A DNA stretch of 64,000 nucleotides from Sphaerodactylus townsendi (GCF_021028975.2 NC_059439.1:30380001-30444000), one strand, 5' to 3'; counted from the stretch's first letter, positions 49,201-61,938 are shown. A program made the numbers and translations. Notes: generated by a model not told the origin, from the letters alone.

Positions 49201-50084
49201 TATCAATCAGACATTGACTGCCACCGACAGGAAACCACAGGCATCCTGTGAACAATCGGCAACAACAGGCCAACAATAGCTGTACGTAGATAACTGCAGA
49301 ATTAGTGCAAGTGTCGCAGGAAATGATGTTAATCCCAGGGACAGGTGACCTGTAGGCCTCAGGCCTTCAATGTAGGGTGTATTCCTCCTTTCAAATGTGT
49401 CCCACAGTTCATTGTGTCCCCATGGTCATTCTGTTTCATGTGGGGAGAGCAAGCTTGTTATTGTGCAACTGAGTGGCCTTTGTAATCTTGAGGGTCAAGC
49501 AAGGAAAAGATACGTGGTTAAAATTCCTTAGAACTCCTCAATGGCCTCAACTGTTTCTTCAAGTGTGTTTACTCTGTCTCAGTTATACAAACGAGCTCTT
49601 TATGCAAACTAGGATACAAGATAAGTTTTACCAAAGATTTCAAATAATTTGAGCCAATACCATTTGGGCCAAGGTGTCACTGCCCTGACATCAAACATGT
49701 TGTGTGTGTGGGGGGGGGGGGGGGTGGGTGAGGGCATGGGGGGATGGGGAAGGCGCTGGCCTCGGTGAGGAGCGTGTTGTTCGAGGGTTGGGAGAAGGCG
49801 GGGGGAGGGATTGGAATGTAAGAGATGCACTTTCAACCCCCAGCCCCCTCCTGATTGATCCATGTCCTCTCCCAGCCCCCCATTGGCTGGGGGTTCGTCG
49901 TCGCAACATCCCAACCCGTAGCATAATTATGTTTAAGGATGGGTATGAAAGTCGGACAATGAAGAACGCTGACAAATACAACACTAATTTGAAATGTGAT
50001 GTCGGAGGAGAGTTTTATGGGTACTGCCAAAAAGACAAATAAGTGAGTTTGAGATCGAATCCCGTTTGAATGCTCCCGAGAAGC

Positions 50085-50335
50085 TAAAATAATTAAACCG
50101 AGGCTGTTTGGTCACATTATGAGAAGGCAAAAGAGTCACTGAAAAAGCCAATAATGCTAAGCAAAGGTGAAAGCAGCAAACAAAGAGGAAGAGACAACAT
50201 GCGATGGACTGGTCAATCAAGGAAGCCGTGACCCTCAATTTGCAAGACTTGAGCAAGGTTGTAACCACAGAAGGTTTCACAGGTAACTGATTCATGGAGC
50301 TGCCATAAATCAGAAGGGACTTGACAGCCCCTAAT
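50085..50335 (+). mobile_element. RTE/BovB-like LINE 3' fragment
   Basis: Decayed FGHIMRR...SL.K.IML.K.E...RGR...RW pattern typical of the RTE ORF C-terminus. Confidence 0.65.
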
Positions 50336-50533
50336 ACACCCTTTTGGAAATGCGTCAAAGCCTCAGTAATTTCAAGAGCCTTTTCGTTTTGGACTGGAGT
50401 GTCTACTGGTGACTCTGGAGGGCACCAGTCAGTCTGAGTAGAAAACACTGACCTCGATGAACTGATGTTCTGATTTAGTATAAGACTAGCAGTAAAGCCC
50501 GCTGTAGGGTAAGAGATACAGCAGGCCTAGATA

Positions 50534-50796
50534 GAAGAAGAAGAGTTTGGATTTATACCCCACCTTTCTCTCCTGTAAGGAGACTCTCCCCACAACAGAC
50601 ACCTTGTGAGGCAGGTGGGGCTGAGGGAGTTCAGGGAGAACTGTGACTAGGCCAAGGTCACCCAGCAGGGATGTAGGAGTGTGGAAACGCATCTGGTTCA
50701 CCAGATAAGCCTCTGCCACTCAGGTGGAGGAGTGGGGAATCAAACCCAGTTCTCCAGATTGGAGTCCACCTGCTGTTAACCACACCACATTGGCCA
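50534..50796 (-). mobile_element. Squam3-like SINE
   Basis: Reverse-complement copy with a small internal deletion. Confidence 0.85.
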
Positions 50797-51672
50797 GGGG
50801 TGAGGGCAGGTAGAGCAGGGAGGGCTTGTGAGGGGGAGGGGGCTTTTGGAGCCCCAGAGCAGTGGTAGCAAGGGGCTGCTGCTCCAGGGCAGGGATGGAA
50901 TGCCCAACGACTAACCCTCCACCAATAAGGGAGCAGAGTCCAGGATTCTGCTCCCTTATTGGTGGAGGGTTCGTTGTCGGACATTCCATCCTTTAGCGCT
51001 TTATTATTAGTAAGATAGCTGTGCATAGATTCATGTGTTTGTGGACCAGGTACCTGCCACTGACATCAATTGTTGGATGTTTTCTTGCTCCACTTACTTC
51101 TTTTAAGAATACATCTTTGTATCCACACCATCCAATCCTTCAGGGTGAAATGGACAGGAAACCATTGATAGAAATGTGCATGTAGATCCACTGCTGTTAT
51201 ATGTTTGTTTTTATGTATATTTTAACTCCTCACCCTTAAAACGGGGGGGAGGGGCGCTGTGTAGTTCAGAGCTTCCTCTTGTCGTGAATCACTGAAGTGG
51301 CTTCAGGCGATCCTCTATTTGCTCAGTCTCACGCCTTATGTACAAAATGTTTCCTGAAAGGGCCGATGGCAATGAAAATTTAAGAGCACTATCGCTGTGC
51401 ATAGATTAATGTCAGATAGGGACCTTCCGTCAGGTTAACAAGCTTAAAGGGCAGGACATGGGAGAAGAGGTGGAGGAGGGAGACCTGTTTGATACTGTGA
51501 GAACAGTGGAAAGATGTGAACAACAAACCAAGGTCAGGTGGCTGATTTTTCTTGCACGTGTTTTCGCTGTACTGGAGGTGATGCAGCTACCCAGGGTACC
51601 AGCCCGAAGACACCAGTTCATGATGGGGGAGCATCTTCCCCATCTCTTCTGCAGTCCCAGTTGCCACAGGGA

Positions 51673-51873
51673 ATAAGGCAGGCTTCCCTTTGCTGTGAGG
51701 GCAATGTTGACCACTTGTACGCCATAAGGCAGGCTTCCCTTTGCTGTGAGGGCAATGTTGACCACTTGTACGCCATAAGGCAGGCTTCCCTTTGCTGTGA
51801 GGGCAATGTTGACTGCTTGTACGCCTTAAGGCAGGCTTCCCTTTGCTGTGAGGGCAATGTTGACCGCTTGTAC
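51673..51873. repeat. 51-bp minisatellite, about 4 copies
   Basis: Unit ATAAGGCAGGCTTCCCTTTGCTGTGAGGGCAATGTTGACCACTTGTACGCC at 51673, 51724, 51775, 51826. Confidence 0.95.
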
Positions 51874-51969
51874 AGGGTTTTGAGTAAGAATCACATGCCG
51901 CAAAGTATCTGAAGAATCTGAACTGCCCCATAAAGGCAAAGTGTTCTTTTTATTCCTGGTGGCGGAAAT

Positions 51970-52167
51970 GCCATCAAGCCGCAGCTGACGTACAGCAATA
52001 CCTCAAGGAGTTTTCCAGGCAAGAGACATTCGGAGGTGGTTTGCCCTTGCCTGCCTCTCTGTAGCGATCGTGGACTTCCTTGGTGGTCTCCAAACCAATT
52101 ATTAACCAGGCCAATCCACTTATCTTCCAAGATCTGAGGAGATGAGGCTAGCCTGGGCCATTCAAGT
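51970..52167 (-). mobile_element. 5S rRNA-derived SINE with RTE-like tail
   Basis: Minus strand ATCTCCTCAGATCTTGGAAGATAAG...GGCCTGGTTAATAATTGGTTTGGAGACC resembles the 5S internal control region, followed by a GGCAAACCACCTC RTE-type segment. Confidence 0.65.
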
Positions 52168-53120
52168 AAAGGAATTGCTATTATAATACTCTGTTTCACA
52201 CAAAGATAATAGTTTGGTCAGTTGAGGTGCAGCAGCGGTTAATAAAGCTGTATGCTTCCACGTTAGAATATAGTCCCGAATGAATATGAGAATTGTCATT
52301 CATTTTACGCACTGCCTTTGTCAAAGCCATTATTTTGTGCATTGCTGAACATAGTACTTGGTACAAGAGCATTTATGCCAACCTGTATGTTTACTTTCAA
52401 ACTTTTAAACTGATGGAGGGAGCGGGGCTAGGTAAGCTCTACGACCCGGACAGAACATTCTACAATAAAGAAGATCCACCATGCTTTGTTCTGTGGTAAA
52501 GGAATATGCAATCTACAATGATCTTTATGTGCACAGAGTATACAAGGTGATACTGTGGCCACAGAATTAGAATGTTGTTCAGTTAGACCAATTGACAAAG
52601 AGGCAGTAGCCCACAAAAGCTAAGAACAACACTTCCACATTCAGGAACAGTCTACCTTCGATCATTTCACAGGAAGTGGCAGTTTCTGTCAAGCCCCGCT
52701 TGTGAGCTGCTTAAAAGCAATATGCTAACTACTGTTGGGAGACAGACTGCTGGACCACCGTTATGATCCACACAGTCCAGCAAAGCAATTTTTGGGACCT
52801 CCCCAAAATGCCACTTTCCGAATTCTCAGCTCTAAAATGGCTGACACTGTCTCTTTAAAAAATGTCACTGTTCTCTACACAGACTCTCCTAGATGAAGGA
52901 GCCGTATCCAAGCAACCAGCAGCAAACATCGCAGGATCAAGTGTTATCCTTCACACTTTATCACTCCATTTGCTACATCTTTTATGGGCCATTCAATAAA
53001 GCAAATAATGTTTTTAAAATCCCTTCAACAAAGCAAATAAGCAACCCCCCCCCCCCCCACCTTCTCTTAACATATACGCTTAGGCACCAATCCCACCGAG
53101 AGACAGAATCACACCCCACA

Positions 53121-53454
53121 AGAGATCCAGCGTGGTGTAGTGGTTAAGAGCAGGTGCACTCTGATCTGGAGAACCGGGTTTGGTTCCCTGCTCTGCCACT
53201 TGAGCTGTGCAAGCTTCTCTGGTGAACCAGATTAACTTGTGCACTCCAACACACTCCAGCTGGGTGACCTTGGGCTAGTCACAGTTCTTCAGAGCTCTCC
53301 TAGCCTGACCCACCTCACTGGGTGTTTGTTTTGGGGGAGGGAAGGAAAGGAGATTGTAAACCCCTTTGAATCTCCTTACAGGAGAGAAAGGGGGGATATA
53401 AATCCAAACTCTTTTTCCTCCTCCTCCTCCTCCTCCTCCTCCTCCTCCTCCTCC
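53121..53454 (+). mobile_element. Squam3-like SINE with (CCT)n microsatellite tail
   Basis: Tail expanded to about 12 CCT units at 53417..53454. Confidence 0.85.
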
Positions 53455-53618
53455 TGTATCTGTGCAAAGTCTGATTGTAACAAGGCCAGCCTGCCAATTG
53501 TTGAGCCATCTGATGCCCCCACTGCGTCTGCATTCTCCAGCAGCAGCACTGCTGCTAATCTGGGCCTGGGCAGCCATTTTTCATCAGGTTGGGCAGCCAA
53601 GGACAAGCATATGCCCCG

Positions 53619-53631
53619 GTTGCTAGGCAAC
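53619..53631. promoter_or_regulatory. RFX X-box motif
   Basis: GTTGCTAGGCAAC matches the canonical RFX near-palindrome; function unproven. Confidence 0.45.
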
Positions 53632-55232
53632 CGCAACTGAAGACTGCATCCTCTGGGTTTCCTTGCCAACTATCCTCGCATCCTCCCTCCCCCAGACTTT
53701 GCAATACAGCCATGTCAGGCTGCGGAGAAGCATCACCAGAGAAACACAAGGAGGCAGAAAGAGTATGAGGAAGCGGTCCTAGCTGGGAGAGGAGATCGAA
53801 GGCGCACGTGTAAGATGGAGGGGGGGTGAAGAGTGCAGAGGGCCATCCCAGTGGATGGAGGGATAAGAAAGAGCGGCCGAAGATCTGTTCAGAGTGCTCT
53901 GCAGAAAAAGGTGGCTCCGGAAAAGGAATTGTTCTTTCTTAACAGGCACAGCCTGGAACATGAGCTGCAGAAGGTGTGGTTGTTTCTATCTAACTGACGC
54001 CGCCCGGTTTATGTCAGGTACGCAGAGACAACTGAGTCTAATAACTCTTGCATGAACCTGGAATGTCATCTGTGGGAGGGAAAGAGGAGATCAGGAATCC
54101 AGACAGTTTAGCTTCAATGGAAATATCCTCCTTAGAAAAACACACAGAGAGAGAATCACACTCCACAGATCTCCAGCTCACAGATGCAGAAATTCCCTCC
54201 AAGTTTTTTTGGGTTTTTTTAAGACAATGTAACAAGCAAACTGGGGACAGGTCATTCGGGAGAAATGTCGCCTTGCTAGAATCAGCATTGGAAGGTACCA
54301 CAGAGGTCATCTACGCCAACTGTGTAGAAATGCACAGTTTGCAAACGTTGTGCAAGACAAGATGTTGGACTCGATGGCTCTGCGGCGCGACCCGGCAACG
54401 CTGATCCTATCTTCCACAGGTTGTAGAAATTCCAACCATACATTCTCCAAATCGTGAGGTGTCTCTCTTTCCCAATCAGACGGTTGCCGATGAAAATGAT
54501 CTGATTGCAATTTCTGATCCCAGTCATCTAATATTGTTTACAAACTGGTAATCAAATCCATCCCACTTCCTATTTAGGAACAAGAAACGCTGGTTTGTAA
54601 AAGAAGGTGAGCCGAGACACTGGAAACATACCTGACTGAGTGAGCAACAGTGCTGTCAGGTGTTTCTGGAGAAGGAACGAAATCGAGAGATTAGGGCAAG
54701 GACAGCCCAGATTTGGGTTGCGGCTGCCAAGAGAGCTGCTCTTTACCCTCTGAGAGTCAACACTGTAAAGTGCAGGAGAAGGGGAGGGACTTCGAGGGAG
54801 AATGACTTGCTGTGTGTATGCATAGTCATTCAGGCGAAAGAACAGGTGGAATAAGATAAGGAAGGTCCTGCCAGTCAAGGAGGTGGGGCAAGTGTCTGTC
54901 CTCCCTTCCACACCCACCCCACATTTCTTCCTGCTCCTGTGCCTCAAATTCGCATGAGCTTGCTTGGCCAGTCACACCTGGAGAGGATGTCTAGTCAGCT
55001 TTCCCCAGCCTTTGCTCCTTGCAATTAAGAACTAGGAGCGCAAGACTTCCAGATTATTGGATTCAACCAGTCAGGTGCCACGCTTCTCCCACAGAACCTT
55101 ACTTTTTTTCCCACCAACTTTTTTTTCTCATAACCCAGTGAGCACCGCTCACCCTCCAAAAAATCCAGGTGTCCTGGCACCTGCCTTCTCTTAACTTGCT
55201 TTAACCCTAGCCCAGGAGTCCGGCCTTCCGCT

Positions 55233-58200
55233 ATGAGTTACCCCTTGCTCCTCTTTGGCCTGCCTGTCTTGGGGATCTATGCCCTGGCCTCCAACTACCT
55301 GCGAAAGAGACCGCACCTGCTGCATAAACCGCACAAGTTTCCTGTTCGATGCCGGCACGTGTCCCACCGGGGAGGTAAGTTCAGCTGGGACGAGTGGACG
55401 TTCGACTGGGGTGGGTGGGCCTGGGTGGGCCCTCTCTCCATCTTAGAGAGACGGGTGAGGGTGCTCCAAATCATAAAACACAGCCCATGATCAGGGCAAC
55501 CAAGACAAAAAGCAGTCCTAGATTCCAGTAGCCATTCTGCCCTCAATTCCTTGTTGCTGTCCGGGATAGAATATATTATTATATATTTTTCCGCTCCACT
55601 GTTCTAGACTTGTATTACTACATTCCTAGAATCGAAAGCTGGAGCCCTCAGCAGGGCTAAAGAGGGAAAATGGGCTATTTAAGTGGCTGTTACGGGCTGT
55701 GTGGCCGTGGTCTGGTAGATCTTGTTCCTAACGTTTCGCCGGCATCTGCGGCTGGCATCTTCAGACGTGTATAACAGATAGGAGTGTGTTGCACACTGTG
55801 TGTAACACACTTCTCTCTGTGATGCGCCCCTGAAGTGTGTAACACACTTCTCTCTGTGATACACCTCTGAAGATGCCAGCCACAGATGCAGGTGAAACAT
55901 TAGGAACAAGATCTACCAGACCACGGCCACACAGCGCGGAAAACCCTCAACAACCAGTTGAGTCTGGTTGTGAAAGCCTTTGACAATACACGGGTGTATT
56001 TAATCTGAGAAGAGAAAGACAGTGTGGTTTCCAACATTCTGCTTTCCTTCCCAGGCTGTGGAGAGCGGATTGAAAACACTTTGGAAGCCTTCAGACAGTG
56101 AGTGACGCCCACCACCACCCCCAGCTCACCATCAGGTTCCCTTCCATGACTGTGATTATCTAGCCTTTGCCTGACCCTTTTCTCCGCCTTCCTAGTGCTC
56201 AGAGCCAAGGAACGAATCTGTTGGAAATCGACTGCTTCATGACAAGAGACGGAGTTGTGGTTGTGTCCCACGATGACAATCTCGAACGTGAGACGGGACA
56301 CAACATCAAGATCAGTGAGACAGACTACGAGGTGAGCAGCACCCAGCAGCCGCTGGCTGTCCCCTGTGCTCCACCTTTACCCCCCATGAACCCAGTAATA
56401 GAACTCAAACACCCTTGGTCCTATTGGCACACATTGCCCCATTCTACCCCACAGCTGTCTTAACACTGGGCAAACTGGGCAGTTGCCTGGGGCCCACAAG
56501 CATAGAAGGTCAATGCTAATCTACGTATGTTGTGACCTGCTATCAGTCAAGACTATACTAAGCTGTAAATATGTTATTGGAAAATACATATTTCGCGTGT
56601 GGTTTACTAAAGATAATGAACAATATTTGTTAATTTTTATTTTATTTATTTATTTATTTATTATTTGGATTTTTATACTGCCCCATCCCCAGGGGCTCTG
56701 GGCGGACATTATGATAAGAGGACATTAGCATTCGCCTCTGTTTTACTATCACAGTCACCTCTGTGACCACATGTGCATGTATGAGTACATATCTCATGTA
56801 CTGGTGCAGTGGTTAAGAGCAGGTGGATTCTAATCTGCAGAACCGGATTTGGTTCCCCACTGCTCCACCTGAGTAGCAGAGGCTTACCTGGTAAACCAGA
56901 TGTGTTTCCGCACTCCTTTATTCCTGCTGGGTGACCTTGGGCTAGTCACAGTTCTCTCAGGACTCTCTCAGCCCCACCTACCTCACAAGGTGTCTGTTGT
57001 GGGGAGAGCAAGGGAAAGGACCTTGTAAGCCACATTGAGTCTCCTTACAGGAGAGAAAGGGGGGATATAAATCCAAACTCTTCTTCTTTTATAATACTGT
57101 TAAGACAGTGCTGGCTCCATAATCTTCATCCTAATTGTATTCCCATAGGATTTGCCTCCTTATAAGGATCATCTGGAGGTGACCTTCTCACCAGGTGAGC
57201 AGGGCTGAGAGATTTTTTTTTTGGGGGGGGGAGCACTGTAGGGGAAAGTGTGGTCTTTGGCAGTTATTGGCCAAGCATTCTTTTGTTAGACTGGTCATGG
57301 GTTAATGGTCCAAGATAGTTAGGTTGCTGCTGGAACAGGCAAGGGTCTCCTAAAAGCTGGGAATTGGTCTTCAGAGCAACTGTTAATTTGGAAGACTCTG
57401 AAACAGAGGGGGAAAGGGAACAGTCTAATAGCAGGGGCTGCTGGGAATTGTAGTCCATGAACATCTCGAGGGCCAAAGCTGGACACCTCTGGTTTAATGG
57501 TAGTTTATTTTATTATATATCTACCCCGCTCACCCCAGCCAAAGGCAAGGCTCAGGGTGGCTGAGACATTGAAGAGGCTAAATCTCCAATGCTCTCTTTT
57601 ATGCAAAGAAACACATCTGATGTTGCCCCTTGAATTTCTCACAGTTCAGGAAAGACAGAAACAACTAATACAAACTTTTGGTGGGATTTCAGTCCAGCAA
57701 AGGAAGCACCACTCCTCCTGAAACTACCCTATTCTCCCCCACCCAGGCCGTTTTTCCCATGGCTCAGATCACCGTATTGCACGCTTGGAGGAGGTTTTTC
57801 AGAAATTCCCTGGGATGCCCATCAACATTGAAATTAAGGAGGTGAATGACAGACTTATACAAAAGGTAAGGCACACCTGTGGTCAAGCATCCCCCCTCCA
57901 GCTTCTCCACCCTAGTCATAGAATCATAGAGTTGGAAGAGACCCCAAGGGCCATCCACCCCCCTGCAATGCAGGAACACACGATCAAAGCACTCCTGACA
58001 GATGGCCTTCCAGCGTCTCTTTAAAAACCTCCAAAGAAGGAGACTCCACCACACTCCGAGGTCATGCACTCCACTGTCAAACAGCCCTTACTGTCAGGAA
58101 GTTTTTCCTGATGTTTTGGTGGAATCTCTTCATCTTGAACACTCTTTGTCTTAGTCTGTGGAGCAGCAAAAGACAAGCTTGCTCCCTCACCAACATGACA

Positions 58201-60776
58201 TCCCTTCAAATATCTAAACCTGGTTATCATGTCACCTCTTAACCTTCTCTTCACCAAACTAAACATACCCAGCTCCCAAAGCCTCTCCTTGTAGGGCATG
58301 GATTCCAGACTTGACTATTTTGGTTGCCCAGTAGTATCCTTTTTTTTGTCAGATCCCTCCTTCTCCCCTTGGTACTTACAGGGCCGAAGCACATTTGCAT
58401 AATCTCTTGAAGTGGATTCTGTACACCTAGTTCAAGATCAGCTTCAAGGACATCCACACCATTCCTGCCTCTCCCACTCTATAATCCAGTAACACTAGTG
58501 AGACTGCAGAGGCCTAGACACATTCAAATTCCACCCTGCCCTGCCCAATGTCAATTTTGAATCCCTCCTGGTCTTCTCATACTCCATTCCCTTGGCAAAA
58601 ACCAGGCTCATCACTTTGGAAAACACTGTATTCAATAGCAAATGCTGGGCCCTGGCCATACAGACTTCTTTATGGATCTACTAAGATGAGAGCAGAACTA
58701 GCAAACTGCAGGGAAGGGAACAATATGGTTGCCAGCTCTGGATTGGAAAAAGCCTGGATATTTTGGGGGTGGAGCTTGAGGAGGGCGGAGTTTGCGGAGG
58801 GTGGGGAGGGACTCCAGTGGATTTTGATGCCATTTTTAAACATTCCAACGCAGCCGTCTTCTCTAGGGGAACTGATCTTGGCCATCTGGAGATCAATTGT
58901 AATAGCAGGAGGTCTCCAGGTGCTGCCTGGAGGTTGGCAGCCATAGGGAACGGTGATCCAGAACCTGTGACCTGTCAGGACAAATACCAGATCTTCTGCC
59001 AAGATACATTCATCTTTGTAATCAGGGTCAAGTAAGCAGAATTCAGTTGTCTGAAGGTTTCTCCTATGTGAGATAGTTTGCATTGGAACGAACTGCACAA
59101 ATTGGAACAAACTGTGTTGGAACAAACTGCACAAATTCAATGGGGGTGTTGTGGGGTTTCTGGGTTCTATGACCGTGTTCCAGTAGCATTTTCTCCTGAT
59201 GTTTCGCCTGCATCTTCTGAAGATGCCAGCCACAGATGCAGGTGAAACATCGGGAGAAAATGCTACCGGAACACGGCCATGCAGCCCCAAAACCCAACAA
59301 CACCACAGTGATTCTAGCTGTGAAAGCCTTCGACAACACATTGCACAAATTCAGCTTCTCCCAATGAGTGGTAGCTGCAAAGATCCTCCAGCAATGAAAT
59401 CCTTCAGGCAATGAAAAATGTCCCCTTTGTTCCCACCAGTTCAGCAACTTGGGTAAGTCTGCACTCCTTCTGCGAAACAAACAGTTGTCTGTATCCTTCC
59501 ACTCATGCATACCTCCTTTCCGTACAGGTAGCAGATCTCGTCCGCCAATACGACCGCTCTCACATCACCATCTGGGCATCCTTTGATGAAGAAGTGTTGA
59601 AGAAATGCCGCAGAGCCGTATGTTATAATGGCCCTTCAGCTCTTTCATTGAGGTTGTCTCTAACCAGGAAAATATTTTAATTGGACTAACAGAAGAGTAC
59701 ACAGGGTTCCAATTGTTCTACAAGACTCTCCATCCACCAGGAAATTATAGATAAAAGTACTTAATTATAGTAAGCTAACCAGAACTTGCCCAAGGGATGC
59801 TTTTGTACTCTTTCAGCTGACTGCTTTGTCCATATTATATACTGGAACAATGGTTCAGGTCCCCCGCTTTTTTGAGTAGGATGTCCCCTTTATAACTTCA
59901 AAACATCTAATGGACTCTCTCCCCCAACAATAGTAGTTATACTATTAGTATCTGTTGGTCAAGAAAATACATTAAGACAAAAAGATAAAAATGGAAAGTT
60001 TAGTGTGCGTATGGATTTGCAGATCCCGTGCAATATTTCTGTGGCCCCTGGGCAGGGAACCACTTTACCCAAACAAGTTTAAAACTTATTAAAAGTTGTC
60101 ATGGTCCCTGTCCAAGAACTTGGGAAATTGCAGTTCTGTGAAAGGGCCTGGGATCCCCAACAGAGTGATGTATCTCCATAGATCTACAATTTCTACATTT
60201 TTGAAGGAAGACTTAATGGTAACAGGTTTACATTTGTACAGTATATGTTATGTTTTACTGAAGAGCCCCAAAGAAATAGGATCTGCATTATCAAAGGCTT
60301 TTACAGCCAACATCATTAGGATGTTGTGAGTTTTCCGGATTGTATGGCCGTGTTCCAGTAGTATCTTCTCCTGACATTTTGCCTGCATCTGTGGCTGGCA
60401 TCATTCTCCAGATCCTCGGATGCAGGTGAAACGTCACTGGAACACCGCCATACAATTCAGGGAAAGAGCAGGAAGTTACCTCTATAAATCATTCAAGTTG
60501 ACTCTGAGAACCTGTGAGCTTCAGGGACTGGCATGGGTAAATAAGTCCAGTTACTTCTTCCCAATTAAGCAATCTAGAAATTACACACCCTCTTAGTAGA
60601 TACTGGGAAAAACTTATATTCTCCTCTTTTCCGATCCTCTAGAATAAAGAGATGCCTTATATCTTCTCCATGCAACGTGGCATCACCATCCTACTCCTCT
60701 ACTATGTGGGACTACTGCCTTTCCTACCACTGAAAGAATCTTTCCTTGAGTTTGTTCTACCCTCCATCATGAACAG
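55233..60776 (+). CDS. GDPD3: Lysophospholipase D GDPD3, 3'-partial; exons 55233..55374, 56055..56097, 56196..56331, 57149..57194, 57747..57865, 59528..59617, 60643..60776
   Basis: N-terminal hydrophobic anchor, then [23 protein letters not shown]...DGVVVVSHD and PINIEIK GDPD motifs; consistent phases. Assigned GDPD3 rather than GDPD1 by synteny with MAPK3. Remaining exons not found in the window. Confidence 0.92.
55685..55990. mobile_element. Penelope-like inverted terminal-repeat remnant with hammerhead cores on both strands (related copies 13447..13674, 28605..28858, 48293..48530, 59146..59341, 60288..60455)
   Basis: The two arms are reverse complements; each reads CTGAAGA-TGCCAGCC.CAGATGC.GG(C/T)-GAAAC(G/A)TT-AGG. 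Confidence 0.75.
56802..57088 (+). mobile_element. Squam3-like SINE
   Basis: Family head, core and tail present. Confidence 0.85.
57916..58330 (-). mobile_element. CR1 LINE 3' fragment (second family)
   Basis: [24 protein letters not shown]...YLKGCH; tail CTATGATTCTATGA; homologous to 16896..17295. Confidence 0.9.
58727..58946. mobile_element. Old MITE-like repeat with GGTTGCCA / TGGCAACC termini (related decayed copy ~10240..10406)
   Basis: Terminal inverted motifs and shared internal segments; family not identified. Confidence 0.5.
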
Positions 60777-61141
60777 GTGATGACAGATGGGTTGGGCTGG
60801 GCTGGGCAGAGGGGGAGGAGAAATACAATGGCTCTTGAGGAACTAGAAACCCTATGTCAAAATCTGATCCCATTTATTACCCAGAGGTAAGAAGGAATAT
60901 GTGTGACACGTATTAATGACCATGGCAACAGGATTTGCAGGCGGTTCACTCTGGGGGAATATTGAGGGACTGGTCCATCACCCTAGCCTACCCTCTCCTC
61001 AAAAGCAGTCCTCCTATAAAATCAGAAGTTTCTCTGGGGCCCATTTTAAAAAAAGAAAAAATAGAGAAGAAAGTCTCATGAGCAGGGCTTCATTTTTCAT
61101 CAGACAGTGAGAATATTGGTCTTAGGATGCAGAAACTCATA

Positions 61142-61938
61142 GGCCCCTTCCGTACATGCTAGAACAGGGGTCCCCAAACTACGGCCCGGGGGCCAAATGT
61201 GGCCCCCTGAAGGCATTTATCCGGCCCGCCAGGCATGGCGGCGATGGCTCCATTCATGTGCAGTGGGGGCTCGAGGGAGAGGAGGAACCGGCCCCAACGG
61301 CCGTTGATTGCAGTTACATGATGGCACCCCCAAATCTCCATGAATTTTCTGACCCAGAGTTGGAAACCTTACATGTGGCAACGCCTGCTCCGCCCTTCCC
61401 TCTCAGCTACTCCATGTGTTGCTCTCAGGCTTTCTGTTCCGCCTCACTCCCATTGGCATCAGCCAGGCTGGCGAATCGCTCGCTGGCTGCTAGGGAGGAA
61501 AGAGCCCAGGAAGATACCTGATCCTGGGTTAGATGGAATGCTTCATTGGGAAAGTTCTGCTTTTTTTTTTTTACAGGGGAAGGTATTCCACAGCCTCCCC
61601 AACAATATTTGGAGCCCACCCTGTACTTGACATACTTTGGTCCCTGTTCTAAAAGTAGACCATGACAGAAAGGCTGAAAGGTGAAATCAAACCTTTCACA
61701 ATCATTTGTGCATAGGAATTTGTTCATAGTTTTTTTTAGTCTGGCCCTCCAACAGTCTGAGGGACAGTGAACTGGCCCCCTGTTTAAAAAGTTTGGGGAC
61801 CCCTGTGCTAGAATAATGCACTTTCAGACCACTTTCACAATTTTTTTGCAAGTGGATTTGGCTATTCCGCGCAGTAAAATCCAGCTGCAGCGTGCACAGT
61901 GGATTGAAATACATTATTCTGCATGTGCGGAAGGGACC
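61142..61938. mobile_element. Harbinger-like MITE carrying a nested hAT element (61165..61805)
   Basis: Inner TIRs CAGGGGTCCCCAAACT / AGTTTGGGGACCCCTG with TSD TGCTAGAA. Outer element matches 27208..27338 and 62042..62170; 3-bp flanks ATA/ATA. Confidence 0.82.

Noticed and set aside
49150-49440. Possible GIY-YIG/Penelope ORF remnant (TCTNSAVIY on minus)
   Set aside because: Only a few residues match; no supporting downstream motif seen.
51430-51931. Repeat-protein ORFs
   Set aside because: Artefact of the 51-bp minisatellite being open in several frames.
52075-52150. 5S rRNA gene
   Set aside because: Partial, diverged and fused to a LINE-like tail; it is a SINE.
53239-53669. Poly-Ser/Glu/Gly/Arg ORFs
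   Set aside because: Translations of a SINE (CCT)n tail.
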